In this document: positions 37,004 to 46,350 of the stretch, piece by piece
How the letters are laid out: each line of letters opens with the position of its first letter
Position numbering within the stretch: position 1 is the first letter of the stretch
Source of the DNA: a virus
Taxonomy: Duplodnaviria > Heunggongvirae > Uroviricota > Caudoviricetes
DNA: 46,501 nt
Strand: one strand, 5' to 3'
IMG/VR virus record: IMGVR_UViG_2711768023_000006
Translations under genes and position numbers: made by a program
The notes under the pieces: model-generated
What the model saw: only the letters and a program-made list of their open reading frames with translations
The model's database searches: none
What the model was told of the DNA's origin: nothing

Positions 37004-39058
37004 ATGTCAGACTCCAAGTGGAAAATGCTCTCCGCCATGCCCGGAGAGTTTTCAGTCAAGGTTGCCGGTGGCACGGTGGCATTTATTGAAAGCCCTTTCC
37101 GCCCTTCGGGTAATAAAGGGGGGATCACCTTCGCAGACTGCGTGATCCGCTTCAGCACGAAAGAGCCATTATGGGTAATGCCGGTATCCGGTAATCCCAG
37201 TGCAGAAATCACCAGTTCAGGCGTGACTGGCATCATTCCAATCACATCTGACGTGGCCGGAACGCTCACGCCCTCCGACTGGAATGCACCGGATAACGCC
37301 GGGCCTTCCGGTAGCACGAATGGCAGCAGTTCAGAGCCGGAATATTACTTTGTTGTCATTCTCGCGGGTCAGTCAAATGGCATGGCCTACGGCGAGGGGC
37401 TGCCGTTACCGGATTCGTTTGACCGCCCGGACCCACGCATTAAGCAACTGGCACGCCGCAGTACGGTAACGCCCAACGGTACGTCGTGTACATACAACGA
37501 CATCATTCCGGCAGACCACTGCCTGCATGATGTTCAGGATATGAGCGGGATAAACCACCCGAAAGCTGATCTGGCAAAAGGCCAGTACGGGACTGTCGGT
37601 CAGGGGTTGCATATTGCCAAAAAACTGCTTCCCTATATCCCACAGAATGCCGGGATACTTCTGGTGCCCTGTTGTCGTGGCGGGTCAGCATTCACCACTG
37701 GAGCCGACGGCTCATTCAGTGAGGCCAGCGGTGCTTCCGCTGATTCTTCACGCTGGGGGGCCGGTAAACCTCTGTATCAGGACCTGGTAAGCCGCACCAA
37801 AGTCGCGCTGGCGAAAAACCCGAAAAACAAACTTCTGGCTGTGGTCTGGATGCAGGGAGAGGCAGACCTTGCCTCAGGAAGCCAGCAGCATAATAGTTTA
37901 TTCACGGCCATGGTTCAGCAGTTCAGAACTGACCTGGCTCCGCTTGCTGCGCAGTGCGTGAGTGGAAATGCCACCACGGTGCCGTGGATTTGCGGTGATA
38001 CCACGTATTACTGGAAAAACGCTGGCACCGATAAATATGAGGCAGTATACGGTGGCTACAAAGGCAAGGAAGCACAGAAAATTTTCTTTGTACCGTTCCT
38101 GACGGATGAGAATGGACAGAGCACGCCAACGAATGCTCCGGCGGAAGACCCGGATATTGTGGCTGTCGGGTATTACGGTGCAGCATCCCGAACCCAGGGC
38201 AGTTTTGTTTCGACACAGCGTGACAGCCATTTCAGCTCATGGGCACGCAGGGGCGTCATTTCAGACCGTCTGGCCTCAGCTATTATGCTCCATGCAGGGC
38301 GCACGGCTGAACTGATGCGTGGGCAGACCGTGACACCACCGGATGAGAAGCCGTCACCTGATACACCATCAAAACCGTCCACGCCACCCGCAGACACCAC
38401 GACGATGAGTACGCTATTTGCTTACCGGGCATCTGAGTCTGAAGGACGGTTGACACCACAGGGTTGGGCTGCCGGAGGTGGCAAGGCTCAAATCGTGGAT
38501 GATGCCGGAGCCAGCGGGGGTAAGGCAATGAAACTGACCAAGGAAACAGGAAGAGCCCCCTGGTACCTTGAGCATGATGCTGGTAATGGTGCGGACCTGC
38601 TGGGTAAAGGTGGTCTTGTCAGTTGTCGTTTTAAACTCGATGGCGCGCTTACGGCTAATCAGTACGCACTGGCGCTGTACTGGCCGGTTTCTGCCCTGCC
38701 GCAAGGGGTTACTCTGGAAGGAAATGCCGGTCATAACCTGCTGGCATCGTTCTACGTACAGAGCGATGCCACAGACCTTAACGTGATGTATCACAAAGGA
38801 AACACGGCGCAGAACACGAAGCTGGGGTCATTCGGCGCATTTAATAACGAATGGCATACGCTGGGCTTCCGTTTTGCCGGTAACAACAGTATTGAGGTGA
38901 CGCCGGTCATTGATGGTAAGGACGGGACACCATTCATGCTGTCGCAGTCTCCGGTCGGCACGTTTACGGCAGACAAGTTGCGCGTGACCGATATCACTAA
39001 AAATGCGACTTACCCGGTACTGATTGACAGTATCGTGGTGGAAGTGAATAACGCGTAA
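37004..39058 (+). CDS. SGNH/sialate-O-acetylesterase-like hydrolase with Pro/Thr linker and C-terminal beta-rich domain
   Basis: 684 aa; GQSNGMAYGEG block with catalytic Ser, downstream RDSH (Asp/His) block; linker PPDEKPSPDTPSKPSTPPADTTT; no signal peptide evident. Confidence 0.6.
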   Translation: MSDSKWKMLSAMPGEFSVKVAGGTVAFIESPFRPSGNKGGITFADCVIRFSTKEPLWVMPVSGNPSAEITSSGVTGIIPITSDVAGTLTPSDWNAPDNAGPSGSTNGSSSEPEYYFVVILAGQSNGMAYGEGLPLPDSFDRPDPRIKQLARRSTVTPNGTSCTYNDIIPADHCLHDVQDMSGINHPKADLAKGQYGTVGQGLHIAKKLLPYIPQNAGILLVPCCRGGSAFTTGADGSFSEASGASADSSRWGAGKPLYQDLVSRTKVALAKNPKNKLLAVVWMQGEADLASGSQQHNSLFTAMVQQFRTDLAPLAAQCVSGNATTVPWICGDTTYYWKNAGTDKYEAVYGGYKGKEAQKIFFVPFLTDENGQSTPTNAPAEDPDIVAVGYYGAASRTQGSFVSTQRDSHFSSWARRGVISDRLASAIMLHAGRTAELMRGQTVTPPDEKPSPDTPSKPSTPPADTTTMSTLFAYRASESEGRLTPQGWAAGGGKAQIVDDAGASGGKAMKLTKETGRAPWYLEHDAGNGADLLGKGGLVSCRFKLDGALTANQYALALYWPVSALPQGVTLEGNAGHNLLASFYVQSDATDLNVMYHKGNTAQNTKLGSFGAFNNEWHTLGFRFAGNNSIEVTPVIDGKDGTPFMLSQSPVGTFTADKLRVTDITKNATYPVLIDSIVVEVNNA

Positions 39059-39202
39059 GCAGGATAAAAAAATGCCGCCGGTAAGGGAAAACAAGAAACC
39101 GGCGGCAAAAAGATCGTTATATCCAAAGCAAAAAATGCAGTGCACCTTTTTACCTAACAGATATTACCGGTGTCAACACCATGTCAATAATTGGGAGGGA
39201 TA

Positions 39203-39385
39203 ATGACATTTTTACAGCTTATTTTATTGTATTTCTGCACGGCAGTATGTGCGTTATATCTGGTGAGTGGTGGTTATAAGGCCATCAGAAATTATGTTCG
39301 CCGCAAAATTGAGGACGCAGCAGCTGAAAAACTCAGTAAAACAGCGCAGGTAACTCCGCTCCCAAAAGACCCGACCCAGCCCTGA
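39203..39385 (+). CDS. Small membrane protein
   Basis: MTFLQLILLYFCTAVCALYLVSGG TM segment; RBS GGGAGGG before ATG 39203. Confidence 0.45.
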   Translation: MTFLQLILLYFCTAVCALYLVSGGYKAIRNYVRRKIEDAAAEKLSKTAQVTPLPKDPTQP

Positions 39386-39420
39386 TTGCAGGGCTTTATT
39401 CCCGCATAAGGAGGATATAC

Positions 39421-39675
39421 ATGCCAGAAATTAAAGGCACCGTCACTGAAGACCTGGTAAAACAGGCACTGTATTCCGGTGAAGTAAATAAGTTGCTGAA
39501 AGCGCAGGTCCGCAAGGATTTTGAGGCACAAATCGACACTTACGTTGATGAAGTGCTGGCAAAACTTATTGGGCCAGCAGTTGCGGCCAGTGATGCTGAT
39601 AATGAGCCGAAAACCGACGCGCAGCCAGAGCAACCAGACCCGGCTCAGCCCGGAACTGACAGTACCATGATGTAA
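39421..39675 (+). CDS. hypothetical acidic protein
   Basis: 84 aa with strong RBS AAGGAGG. Confidence 0.5.
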   Translation: MPEIKGTVTEDLVKQALYSGEVNKLLKAQVRKDFEAQIDTYVDEVLAKLIGPAVAASDADNEPKTDAQPEQPDPAQPGTDSTMM

Positions 39676-39842
39676 CAATACAAACCGGTGGTGTCCTCTG
39701 CCGGTTTGACACTAATGAAAACATCTTTGCCGCTATCCAGCCATATGTAATCGCTGGATAGTATTTCGTATTCAGAAATATAGCTGCTTATGGAGCAGTC
39801 AATCCTGCTTCCCCATCCGGGCAGGCAAATGAACCGGTATCA

Positions 39843-40136
39843 TTAGTCCGATTCACGCTTTTGTAGAATCGTTCCCAGAATGCTATACAGCTCATTAGCC
39901 TGTTGCTCCATCATTGAGACGGAGGCTATACGGTGCAAAGTGATTTCAGGAGGTGGCACACCTCCATCTTCTTGCTGTGGAGGAAAAACATAAGATTTAA
40001 TAAAAAAGTTGAAGCATATGAACTCTCCCGCACTCGAACTGTATTTGCAGGCATCTGAATAATCGGAAAAATAATCATTATAGATTTCCGCATTTTCAAT
40101 CATTTTTCGATTTCTCGTCGTTACATGATTGTCCAT
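39843..40136 (-). CDS. hypothetical protein, divergent from com-mom
   Basis: 97-aa minus-strand ORF; AT-rich intergenic region shared with com-mom. Confidence 0.4.
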   Translation of the reverse strand: MDNHVTTRNRKMIENAEIYNDYFSDYSDACKYSSSAGEFICFNFFIKSYVFPPQQEDGGVPPPEITLHRIASVSMMEQQANELYSILGTILQKRESD

Positions 40137-40254
40137 AGCAGCCTCTTACGCTGGCAATTAACCAATTGACTTCTATAAATTAGTTGATTTGTTTGCTTTG
40201 CGGTATTCAAATGTACAATCATTCAGCACTTATGCGTTACAGCACCGTTTAAAA

Positions 40255-40392
40255 TTAGTGATCAAACTCATAAATTTTCGCTAATGACATTTCGTGTTAT
40301 TTGTTGTATCAATTAAATAAATCAAATCGATCGTTTTTGTCGATCGATTGAGTGATAAAGATATCAACAACAAAGCAGGAGGTTATGCGGCC
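40255..40392 (+). promoter_or_regulatory. com-mom upstream regulatory region with GATC cluster
   Basis: GATC at 40260-40263, 40329-40332 and 40342-40345 upstream of com start. Confidence 0.45.
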
Positions 40393-40593
40393 ATGTATCG
40401 AAACATACGGTGCCGACATTGTAACAAGCTACTGGCACGAGCCAGCTTCAGTTATCTGGAAGTTAAATGTCCGCGCTGTAAAACCCTCAATCAAATCACA
40501 TCTCAGAGCGCCACAGAGCACCCCACATACACAAGGAAATCCTGTCGTGGGGAACAGAAAGCAAGTTACATCCCGTATCATCAGCACGCCTGA
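40393..40593 (+). CDS. com: Com-like zinc-finger translational activator of mom
   Basis: [17 protein letters not shown]...VKCPRCKT resembles Mu Com (MKSIRCKNCNKLL...RCPRCK); RBS AGGAGG; overlaps mom. Confidence 0.7.
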   Translation: MYRNIRCRHCNKLLARASFSYLEVKCPRCKTLNQITSQSATEHPTYTRKSCRGEQKASYIPYHQHA

Positions 40594-41284
40594 ACTTATT
40601 CACTATAACGACAATATCGTCGGTTATGGCTCCCGTGAGTTACGGGTTGAGACAATAAGTTGCTGGCTGGCCCGGCTGGTCGTCGTCAATAAACATTACA
40701 GCCATCGTTTCGTAAATAATTCCTACCTTCATCTGGGCATATTTTCAGAACGGGAGCTGGTTGGCGTAATGCAATGGGGTTATGCCCTTAATCCAAACAA
40801 TGGTGCACGCGTCGTAACTGGCACGCAGAACCGCGAATATATGGAGCTTAACCGGTTATGGCTGCATGACTGTATGCCGAGAAACTCCGAATCAAGGGCA
40901 ATCAGTTACGCGCTCAAACTAATCAGACAACTTTATCCGCAGGTGCAGTGGGTTCAGTCGTTTGCAGATGAGCGTTGTGGCTGTCTTGGTGTCGTGTACC
41001 AGGCAAGCAATTTTGATTATGTAGGCAGTCATGAAACAACATTCTATGAACTTGATGGCGAGTGGTATCACGAGATTTGCAAGAATGCAATCAAACGAGG
41101 AGGACAGCGAGGTGAACATCTGCGGGCTAATATCGACAGAGCCAGTGTTCATAAATTCCGTCAGTTTCGTTACATCCGGTTTCTGGACAAGAGAGCCAGA
41201 AAACGCCTTAACACAAAGCTATTCAAAGTCCAGCCTTACCCAAAACCACAAACAGTTAAAACTGGTTTGAAAGAGAGTGAATGA
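40547..41284 (+). CDS. mom: Mom-like DNA modification enzyme (adenine modification); start uncertain
   Basis: ...[43 protein letters not shown]...[11 protein letters not shown]...[23 protein letters not shown] matches Mu Mom; GTG at 40547 with RBS AAGGA; ORF extends upstream to 40352. Confidence 0.8.
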   Translation: MGNRKQVTSRIISTPELIHYNDNIVGYGSRELRVETISCWLARLVVVNKHYSHRFVNNSYLHLGIFSERELVGVMQWGYALNPNNGARVVTGTQNREYMELNRLWLHDCMPRNSESRAISYALKLIRQLYPQVQWVQSFADERCGCLGVVYQASNFDYVGSHETTFYELDGEWYHEICKNAIKRGGQRGEHLRANIDRASVHKFRQFRYIRFLDKRARKRLNTKLFKVQPYPKPQTVKTGLKESE

Positions 41285-41324
41285 ACGCTTAAAAACTCAT
41301 TCTAAAACTCAAAAGAAAAGCGCC

Positions 41325-41412
41325 GATTTAGTATCAAATAAGTTGCGTATCGGCGTTTTTCAGCGGTATCAAATGAAATGCAAATCGGTATCAAAAAAAT
41401 CGCCGCGCTATA
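41325..41412 (+). promoter_or_regulatory. Prophage right end (attR) with three inverted transposase-binding-like repeats
   Basis: CGGTATCAAA at 41364-41373 and 41386-41395, variant AGTATCAAA at 41330-41338; terminal ...GCGCTATA mirrors left terminal TATAACC. Confidence 0.6.
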
Positions 41413-41998
41413 GACAGCCTAAGCGGCTGCTGACCTCCCTGACCATGCTGTAAATCTCTTTATCCTGGTTGTCACAGAATAAGCCCGGTAAAATACGGGC
41501 TTATGAACGACATCTCTTCTGACGACATCTTCCTGCTGAAACAGCGCCTTGCCGAACGTCAGTTGAAAACGAAACCGCTGCTGAAATCCCTGGAAAGCTG
41601 GCTGCGTGAAAAGATGAAAACCCTGTCGCGACACTCAGAACTGGCGAAAGCGTTCGCATACGCCCTGAACCAGTGGCCGGCGCTGACGTACTATGCAGAT
41701 GATGGCTGGGCTGAGGCGGACAATAACATCGCTGAAAATGCGTTGCGGATGGTCAGTCTGGGCCGCAAAAACTACCTGTTCTTCGGTTCGGATCATGGAG
41801 GAGAGCGGGGAGCGCTGCTGTACAGCCTGATCGGGACGTGCAAACTGAACGGAGTGGAGCCAGAAAGCTACCTCCGCTATGTCCTTGACGTCATAGCCGA
41901 CTGGCCGATAAACCGGGTCGGCGAACTGCTCCCCTGGCGCGTAGCACTGCCGACTGAATAACACATTCCCGTCAATACGGTTCTTGCTGCACGCTTAC
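41413..41998 (+). mobile_element. IS66-family element, right portion (tnpB 3' end, internally deleted tnpC, right terminus)
   Basis: QPKRLLTSLTML* at 41415-41453; tnpC remnant; ends ...CACGCTTAC, complementary to the IS66-family GTAAGCG terminal motif. Confidence 0.7.
41503..41961 (+). pseudogene. IS66 tnpC, internally deleted (N-terminal leader fused to C-terminal ~130 aa)
   Basis: ...MKTLSRHSELAKAFAYALNQW...DNNIAENALRMVSLGRKNYLFFGSDHGGERGALLYSLIGTCKLNGVEPESYLRYVL...LLPW matches transposase C-terminus only; 152 aa versus ~520 expected. Confidence 0.75.
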
Positions 41999-42014
41999 GG
42001 TAAACACCCCGGAA

Positions 42015-43187
42015 GTGGTGATGCACACTGTTGCTGATGTGATGACAGGAAACGATGGTGAATACTGTTTCCATGCGCGGACTGGAAAATATGGTGTGTA
42101 TCTGAAACCGGGCTGGCACAACGAGTACAACGTTGGCGACATTGCTGTATATGAGGACTCAAAGCCCGGCACGCTGAATGACTTTCTGATTGCTCCTGAT
42201 GAGGGCGACCTGAAACCGGATGTCGTCAAACGCTTTGAGGAAATGGTGGCGCAGGCGCAGCAGAGCGCCGGGGCCGCAGCCGGAAACGCACAGCAGACGG
42301 CGCAGGATGTGGCGGCAGCCGCAGGTTATGCCCGCGCAGCAGAGCAGGCCAAAAATGACATTGATGCTGCGCTGACCGGCACTCTGAAAACGGCTAACCA
42401 TCTGTCTGAAATCGCAGCAGCAGGCGAAAAGGCACAACAGAAGTCCCGGGATAATCTGGGGCTGAAAAGTGCGGCCACGATGGAAGCACAGAGCGACATT
42501 TACGACCGGACAAAAGGCCGTCTGGCGATACCCGGCGCATTCGGCTTTGGGTGTGCTTTTCTGCCTGAAGATGTTATCCGTTTTGACACTAAGAGTGATT
42601 TCCTGGCCTGGGTAAGGAATGCGCTGCCAGGTGAATATTCCGTTGCTGGCCCCTACGACATCATCATACCCGACACACGGTTTGAAGGGGTGCTCAGCAT
42701 CCGGTGGACTGATGCACGCCCTGAGACAACAGAACCGAGGTACAGAGCCAAATCCCTTACTTTTTACGGCATTAACGGCCCCATTTATCACACCCGCTAC
42801 TGCTACTGGCCCATATCCAGACTGACTGGCTGGGTGAAAATAAATATAACCACAGAAGATATTATTTACAGAATCGTGGCGAGCTCTGTCTGCAACAGAT
42901 GGGGAGACCCTGACATTGGCGGGCTGATTATTGCTGCGTACCAGGGAGAAGCTGACGGTGATAAAGTCATCAGACTTGTCAGGGGGCAGTCATACAGAGG
43001 CTCACGACTGGGACCGGTGGGGATTTCAGTGCCCAGTACTCCCACCGGAACGTATATAGCATCCCCACAATTTTTCATTACGGGATGTTCAGAGCATTCA
43101 TTACCGGGGTCATATTGCGCCCTGTCCGGGGTGCCGGATGCTCATGTCTCTGGCGCAATGCCCGGGCTTTTTATTCGCACATCGTGA
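42015..43187 (+). pseudogene. 5'-truncated phage tail fibre gene (second prophage remnant)
   Basis: Tail-fibre-like C-terminal region with Ala/Gln-rich coiled segment; ORF begins right at IS66 end; followed by Tfa. Confidence 0.55.
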
Positions 43188-43197
43188 GGAATGCACC

Positions 43198-43761
43198 GTG
43201 GAAATTAAAAAAATCATTAATCCCCGTTATACCGAAAGTGGCGCAGTAGACTGTGACGTTTTTTTTGACGACAGGGACCAGGCAGTCCCCTACACAGCCA
43301 CCGCTGATGATGTCGCACCGACGGGTCAGCGAATCTGGCAGGAACTGCAAAGTGGCAAATGGGGTGAGATAGCCCCATTCACTGTGACACCAGAAATGCT
43401 GGAAGCGGCCAGAGAGGCCAGACGTCAGGAAATTGAAGCATGGCGCACAGAACAGGAGGCGAAGCCGTTCACGTTTGAATGGAACGGTCGTATCTGGAAT
43501 GCTGGCCCCAACTCACTGGGCCGCCTGTCCCCGGTAGTCATGCTGGCAAAATCTGTCACAGCACAAACACATATGGCGTGGAGCGATGCCGATAATCAGC
43601 AGGTGAAACTGTCGATGCCGGAACTGGAAGAACTGGCGGCAGCAATGGTGCAGGCGCAGGTCGATCGCAACGATGAGATTTATCGCCGTCAGCGTGAAAT
43701 GAAAGAGGAGCTGAGCAGTCTGGATGATTTGGCTTCAATTCGGGCGTTTGACGTTAAGTAA
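43198..43761 (+). CDS. Tail fibre assembly protein (Tfa)
   Basis: GTG at 43198 with RBS TGAGGA; VEIKKIINPRYTESGAVDCDVFFDD... typical Tfa N-terminus. Confidence 0.65.
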   Translation: MEIKKIINPRYTESGAVDCDVFFDDRDQAVPYTATADDVAPTGQRIWQELQSGKWGEIAPFTVTPEMLEAAREARRQEIEAWRTEQEAKPFTFEWNGRIWNAGPNSLGRLSPVVMLAKSVTAQTHMAWSDADNQQVKLSMPELEELAAAMVQAQVDRNDEIYRRQREMKEELSSLDDLASIRAFDVK

Positions 43762-43858
43762 TGAATAAGCCGCAACTGGCGGAATCACAGAAGACCGCTT
43801 TGCTTACCGAGGCGGAGTCTGTCATCCGGCCGCGGGGGCGTGCTGTCAGGCTGAACAN

Positions 43859-44404
43859 CTACAGCACCAAATCAGGTCTGGGTGGCGGACCTGACGTATG
43901 TTGCCACACAGGAGGGATGGTTGTACCTCGCTGGCATCAAAGATGTTTATACGTGCGAAATTGTCGGCTACGCCATGGGAGAGCGCATGACAAAAGAGCT
44001 GACAGGTAAAGCCCTGTTTATGGCGCTCAGGAGCCAGCGCCCACCTGCCGGGCTAATCCACCACTCTGATCGAGGTTCACAGTACTGCGCATACGATTAC
44101 CGGGTCATACAGGAGCAGTCTGGTCTGAAAACATCAATGTCGCGTAAAGGTAACTGTTACGACAACGCTCCGATGGAAAGCTTCTGGGGAACGCTGAAAA
44201 ATGAGAGCCTGAGCCACTATCGTTTTAATAACCGGGATGAAGCCATCTCAGTAATACGGGAATACATTGAGATTTTCTACAATCGTCAGCGTCGTCACTC
44301 TCGTCTGGGGAATATCTCCCCGGCAGCCTTCAGGGAAAAATATCATCAGATGGCTGCTTAAAAAAAGAACAAATGGTAGTGTCCGCTATTGCCAGTACAC
44401 CTCA
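43859..44404 (+). mobile_element. IS600 partial copy (3' 546 bp) after N at 43858
   Basis: Identical to 1667-2212 of first copy incl. orfB C-terminus and terminal ...GCCAGTACACCTCA. Confidence 0.85.
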
Positions 44405-44476
44405 GAATCCGGGGAGGCCCGGGGGCGGGCCTCTGTTTTTCCGGAGTCAGTCCGGTCTGTGGTTTATGCGATGTGA

Positions 44477-46192
44477 TTATGAATGGTGCAGTTGTGAGCC
44501 GTTTTCAGACAATCGCAGGGCCAGTACCTCGTCAGTCAGCTGACGGTAAATCTGCTGTTCAGTCTCACGCATCACCTGTGCACCGGCTTCCCTCTCCGCA
44601 TCCGCATCACCGCTCAGACCTGATGCTTTCAGCCGGTCAGCCACCCTCTGAGGGTACTCATTCTCCAGCATCTCATATTTCTGCTCTTCTGCCAGCGCCC
44701 AGCGGTCAGCTTCCGTACGCTTCAGTACAGCATGCCATGGTCCCCAGAGGGAGAACCAGTCCGTAAATTCATTCTCTTCACGGCTTCTGACCATGGCTTC
44801 GGCAGTGCGGAGGTCATTTGCTGTCACTCCCGACACGCCATAGAAACGCATTTCCTTCACGGCAGTGGAGAGCTGAAGTTTCTCTGCGAGCATGGTCTGG
44901 AAGGCCAGGTAGACTTCTATCTCATCCACAAAATGGAGAGTTCTGACTTTATCCCGGGCAATGTCCTCCAGAATTTCGAGGCGGAACATTTCCCTGCCCA
45001 GGGAGAGCAGAGCGCCGGTATCATTATCGAAAAGGCCTTCTGATGCCTGATGGACCAGGAGGGTTTTCCGGAGATTGTTCCATGTGAGCGCGACACGGTC
45101 CTCACAGCTCTCAGTGGCATCAGCAGCAACAGCGAAAGACTGCTGTCGAAGCTCCGCAGAGGCACTGAGTTTTTCCAGCCATGCAGCGACCTGTTCACGG
45201 AATCCGGAGGTATTGCGTGCAGAGACGGTATCGGAAAGGCGGTCAAGGAACGCGGAAAAGGTGTTGGCGTGCTCTTCATGTTCAAAAGCATGCCATATCT
45301 GTGATACATCAGATTGTTTGTTTTCCGGGAACCATGCTGTCACGGCATCAGCCAGGGGGCGATGGAGTGTATTCTGTTGTCCGTCACTCATGGAGAAGTA
45401 AATCCGTGGGCCGTGGTAGTCCGGTTGGGCGGTTTGTTGCGACAGAGACTCCCTGATCCGTGAGGACAGAGGATTGTCTTCGAGGATGATAGTGCAGGTC
45501 GGATCAAGGCTAAGTATATTTTCCGGAATGTATGTGATGCGATTCTCGCGGCACCGGAAAAATATCTCGGTTTCCTCTGAGTGATGATTTCTTACAGGTA
45601 CGGCTGGTAGGCTTTCCAGAAGATTAGTACTTACATCGAGCGCTTCCAGTGATTCAGGTAACTCAGGGAGAAATGTCAGCTGGTTATTTCTTACTGAGAG
45701 CACTTCCAGCGATGTAGGTAATTCAGGAAGCATGGTTAGCTGATTGTTATCTGCATTAATATATTCCAGCAATGCAGGCAATTCAGGAAGCATGGTTAGT
45801 TGGTTGTTATCTACATCAAGATGTTTCAGAGATGCGGGTAATTCAGGAAGTGTTGACAGGTGATTGTCACAGGCGTCAAGGTATTCCAGCGATGCTGGCA
45901 ATTCTGGTAATGATATTAGGGCATTCTGAGTAATTTCCAGAACAGTGATTTGAGGTGGTAAGTTGTCAGGTAGCGAGGACAGATTTAAACGATTCAGTTG
46001 AAGCTCACTGAACTGATTGATGAGACATTCTTTAAGTAGGGAGACCGCTTCATTCCGATTTTCACCGGGGAGCGCTTGTTTTTCCCATTTATCCCATGCT
46101 GAAAAGTAATCAGCATATGTACCGGAAATAGTGTTATAAAAAGAATTTTGGGACAATGAAAAGTTATTATTTATCGGTAACATGATGGACAT
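44477..46192 (-). CDS. ipaH: IpaH-family type III secretion effector (LRR plus NEL E3 ubiquitin ligase domain)
   Basis: MLPINNNFSLSQNSFYNTISGTYADYFSAWDKWEKQALPGE..., LxxLPxLP leucine-rich repeats, conserved C-terminal NEL domain; canonical start probably at 46183. Confidence 0.93.
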   Translation of the reverse strand: MSIMLPINNNFSLSQNSFYNTISGTYADYFSAWDKWEKQALPGENRNEAVSLLKECLINQFSELQLNRLNLSSLPDNLPPQITVLEITQNALISLPELPASLEYLDACDNHLSTLPELPASLKHLDVDNNQLTMLPELPALLEYINADNNQLTMLPELPTSLEVLSVRNNQLTFLPELPESLEALDVSTNLLESLPAVPVRNHHSEETEIFFRCRENRITYIPENILSLDPTCTIILEDNPLSSRIRESLSQQTAQPDYHGPRIYFSMSDGQQNTLHRPLADAVTAWFPENKQSDVSQIWHAFEHEEHANTFSAFLDRLSDTVSARNTSGFREQVAAWLEKLSASAELRQQSFAVAADATESCEDRVALTWNNLRKTLLVHQASEGLFDNDTGALLSLGREMFRLEILEDIARDKVRTLHFVDEIEVYLAFQTMLAEKLQLSTAVKEMRFYGVSGVTANDLRTAEAMVRSREENEFTDWFSLWGPWHAVLKRTEADRWALAEEQKYEMLENEYPQRVADRLKASGLSGDADAEREAGAQVMRETEQQIYRQLTDEVLALRLSENGSQLHHS

Positions 46193-46350
46193 TCAGTTAA
46201 AGCCGATGGACAAATGGCTTTGTTAAAAGAAATAAGTAGGAGTTTTTATGAAGTTCATTCCATGAAATGAACTTCAGCACTTTTTTATTATAAAAGGACA
46301 AACAAAATTGGCTGTAAAAAAACGATACTGTTTCAGTTAACTGTGAATAG

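Larger units (their letters stand above)
2719..41412 (+). mobile_element. Mu-like transposable prophage (about 38.7 kb)
   Basis: Mu gene order repressor-ner-A-B...gam...gemA-mor...lys...terminase-portal-F-G-I-T...L-M...N-P...S-invertible segment-gin...com-mom; terminal inverted ends with repeated TTTGATACCG motifs. Confidence 0.9.

Noticed and set aside
40352-40546. N-terminal 65 codons of the long mom ORF
   Set aside because: This stretch is the com gene read in another frame; the Mom homology begins around the GTG at 40547
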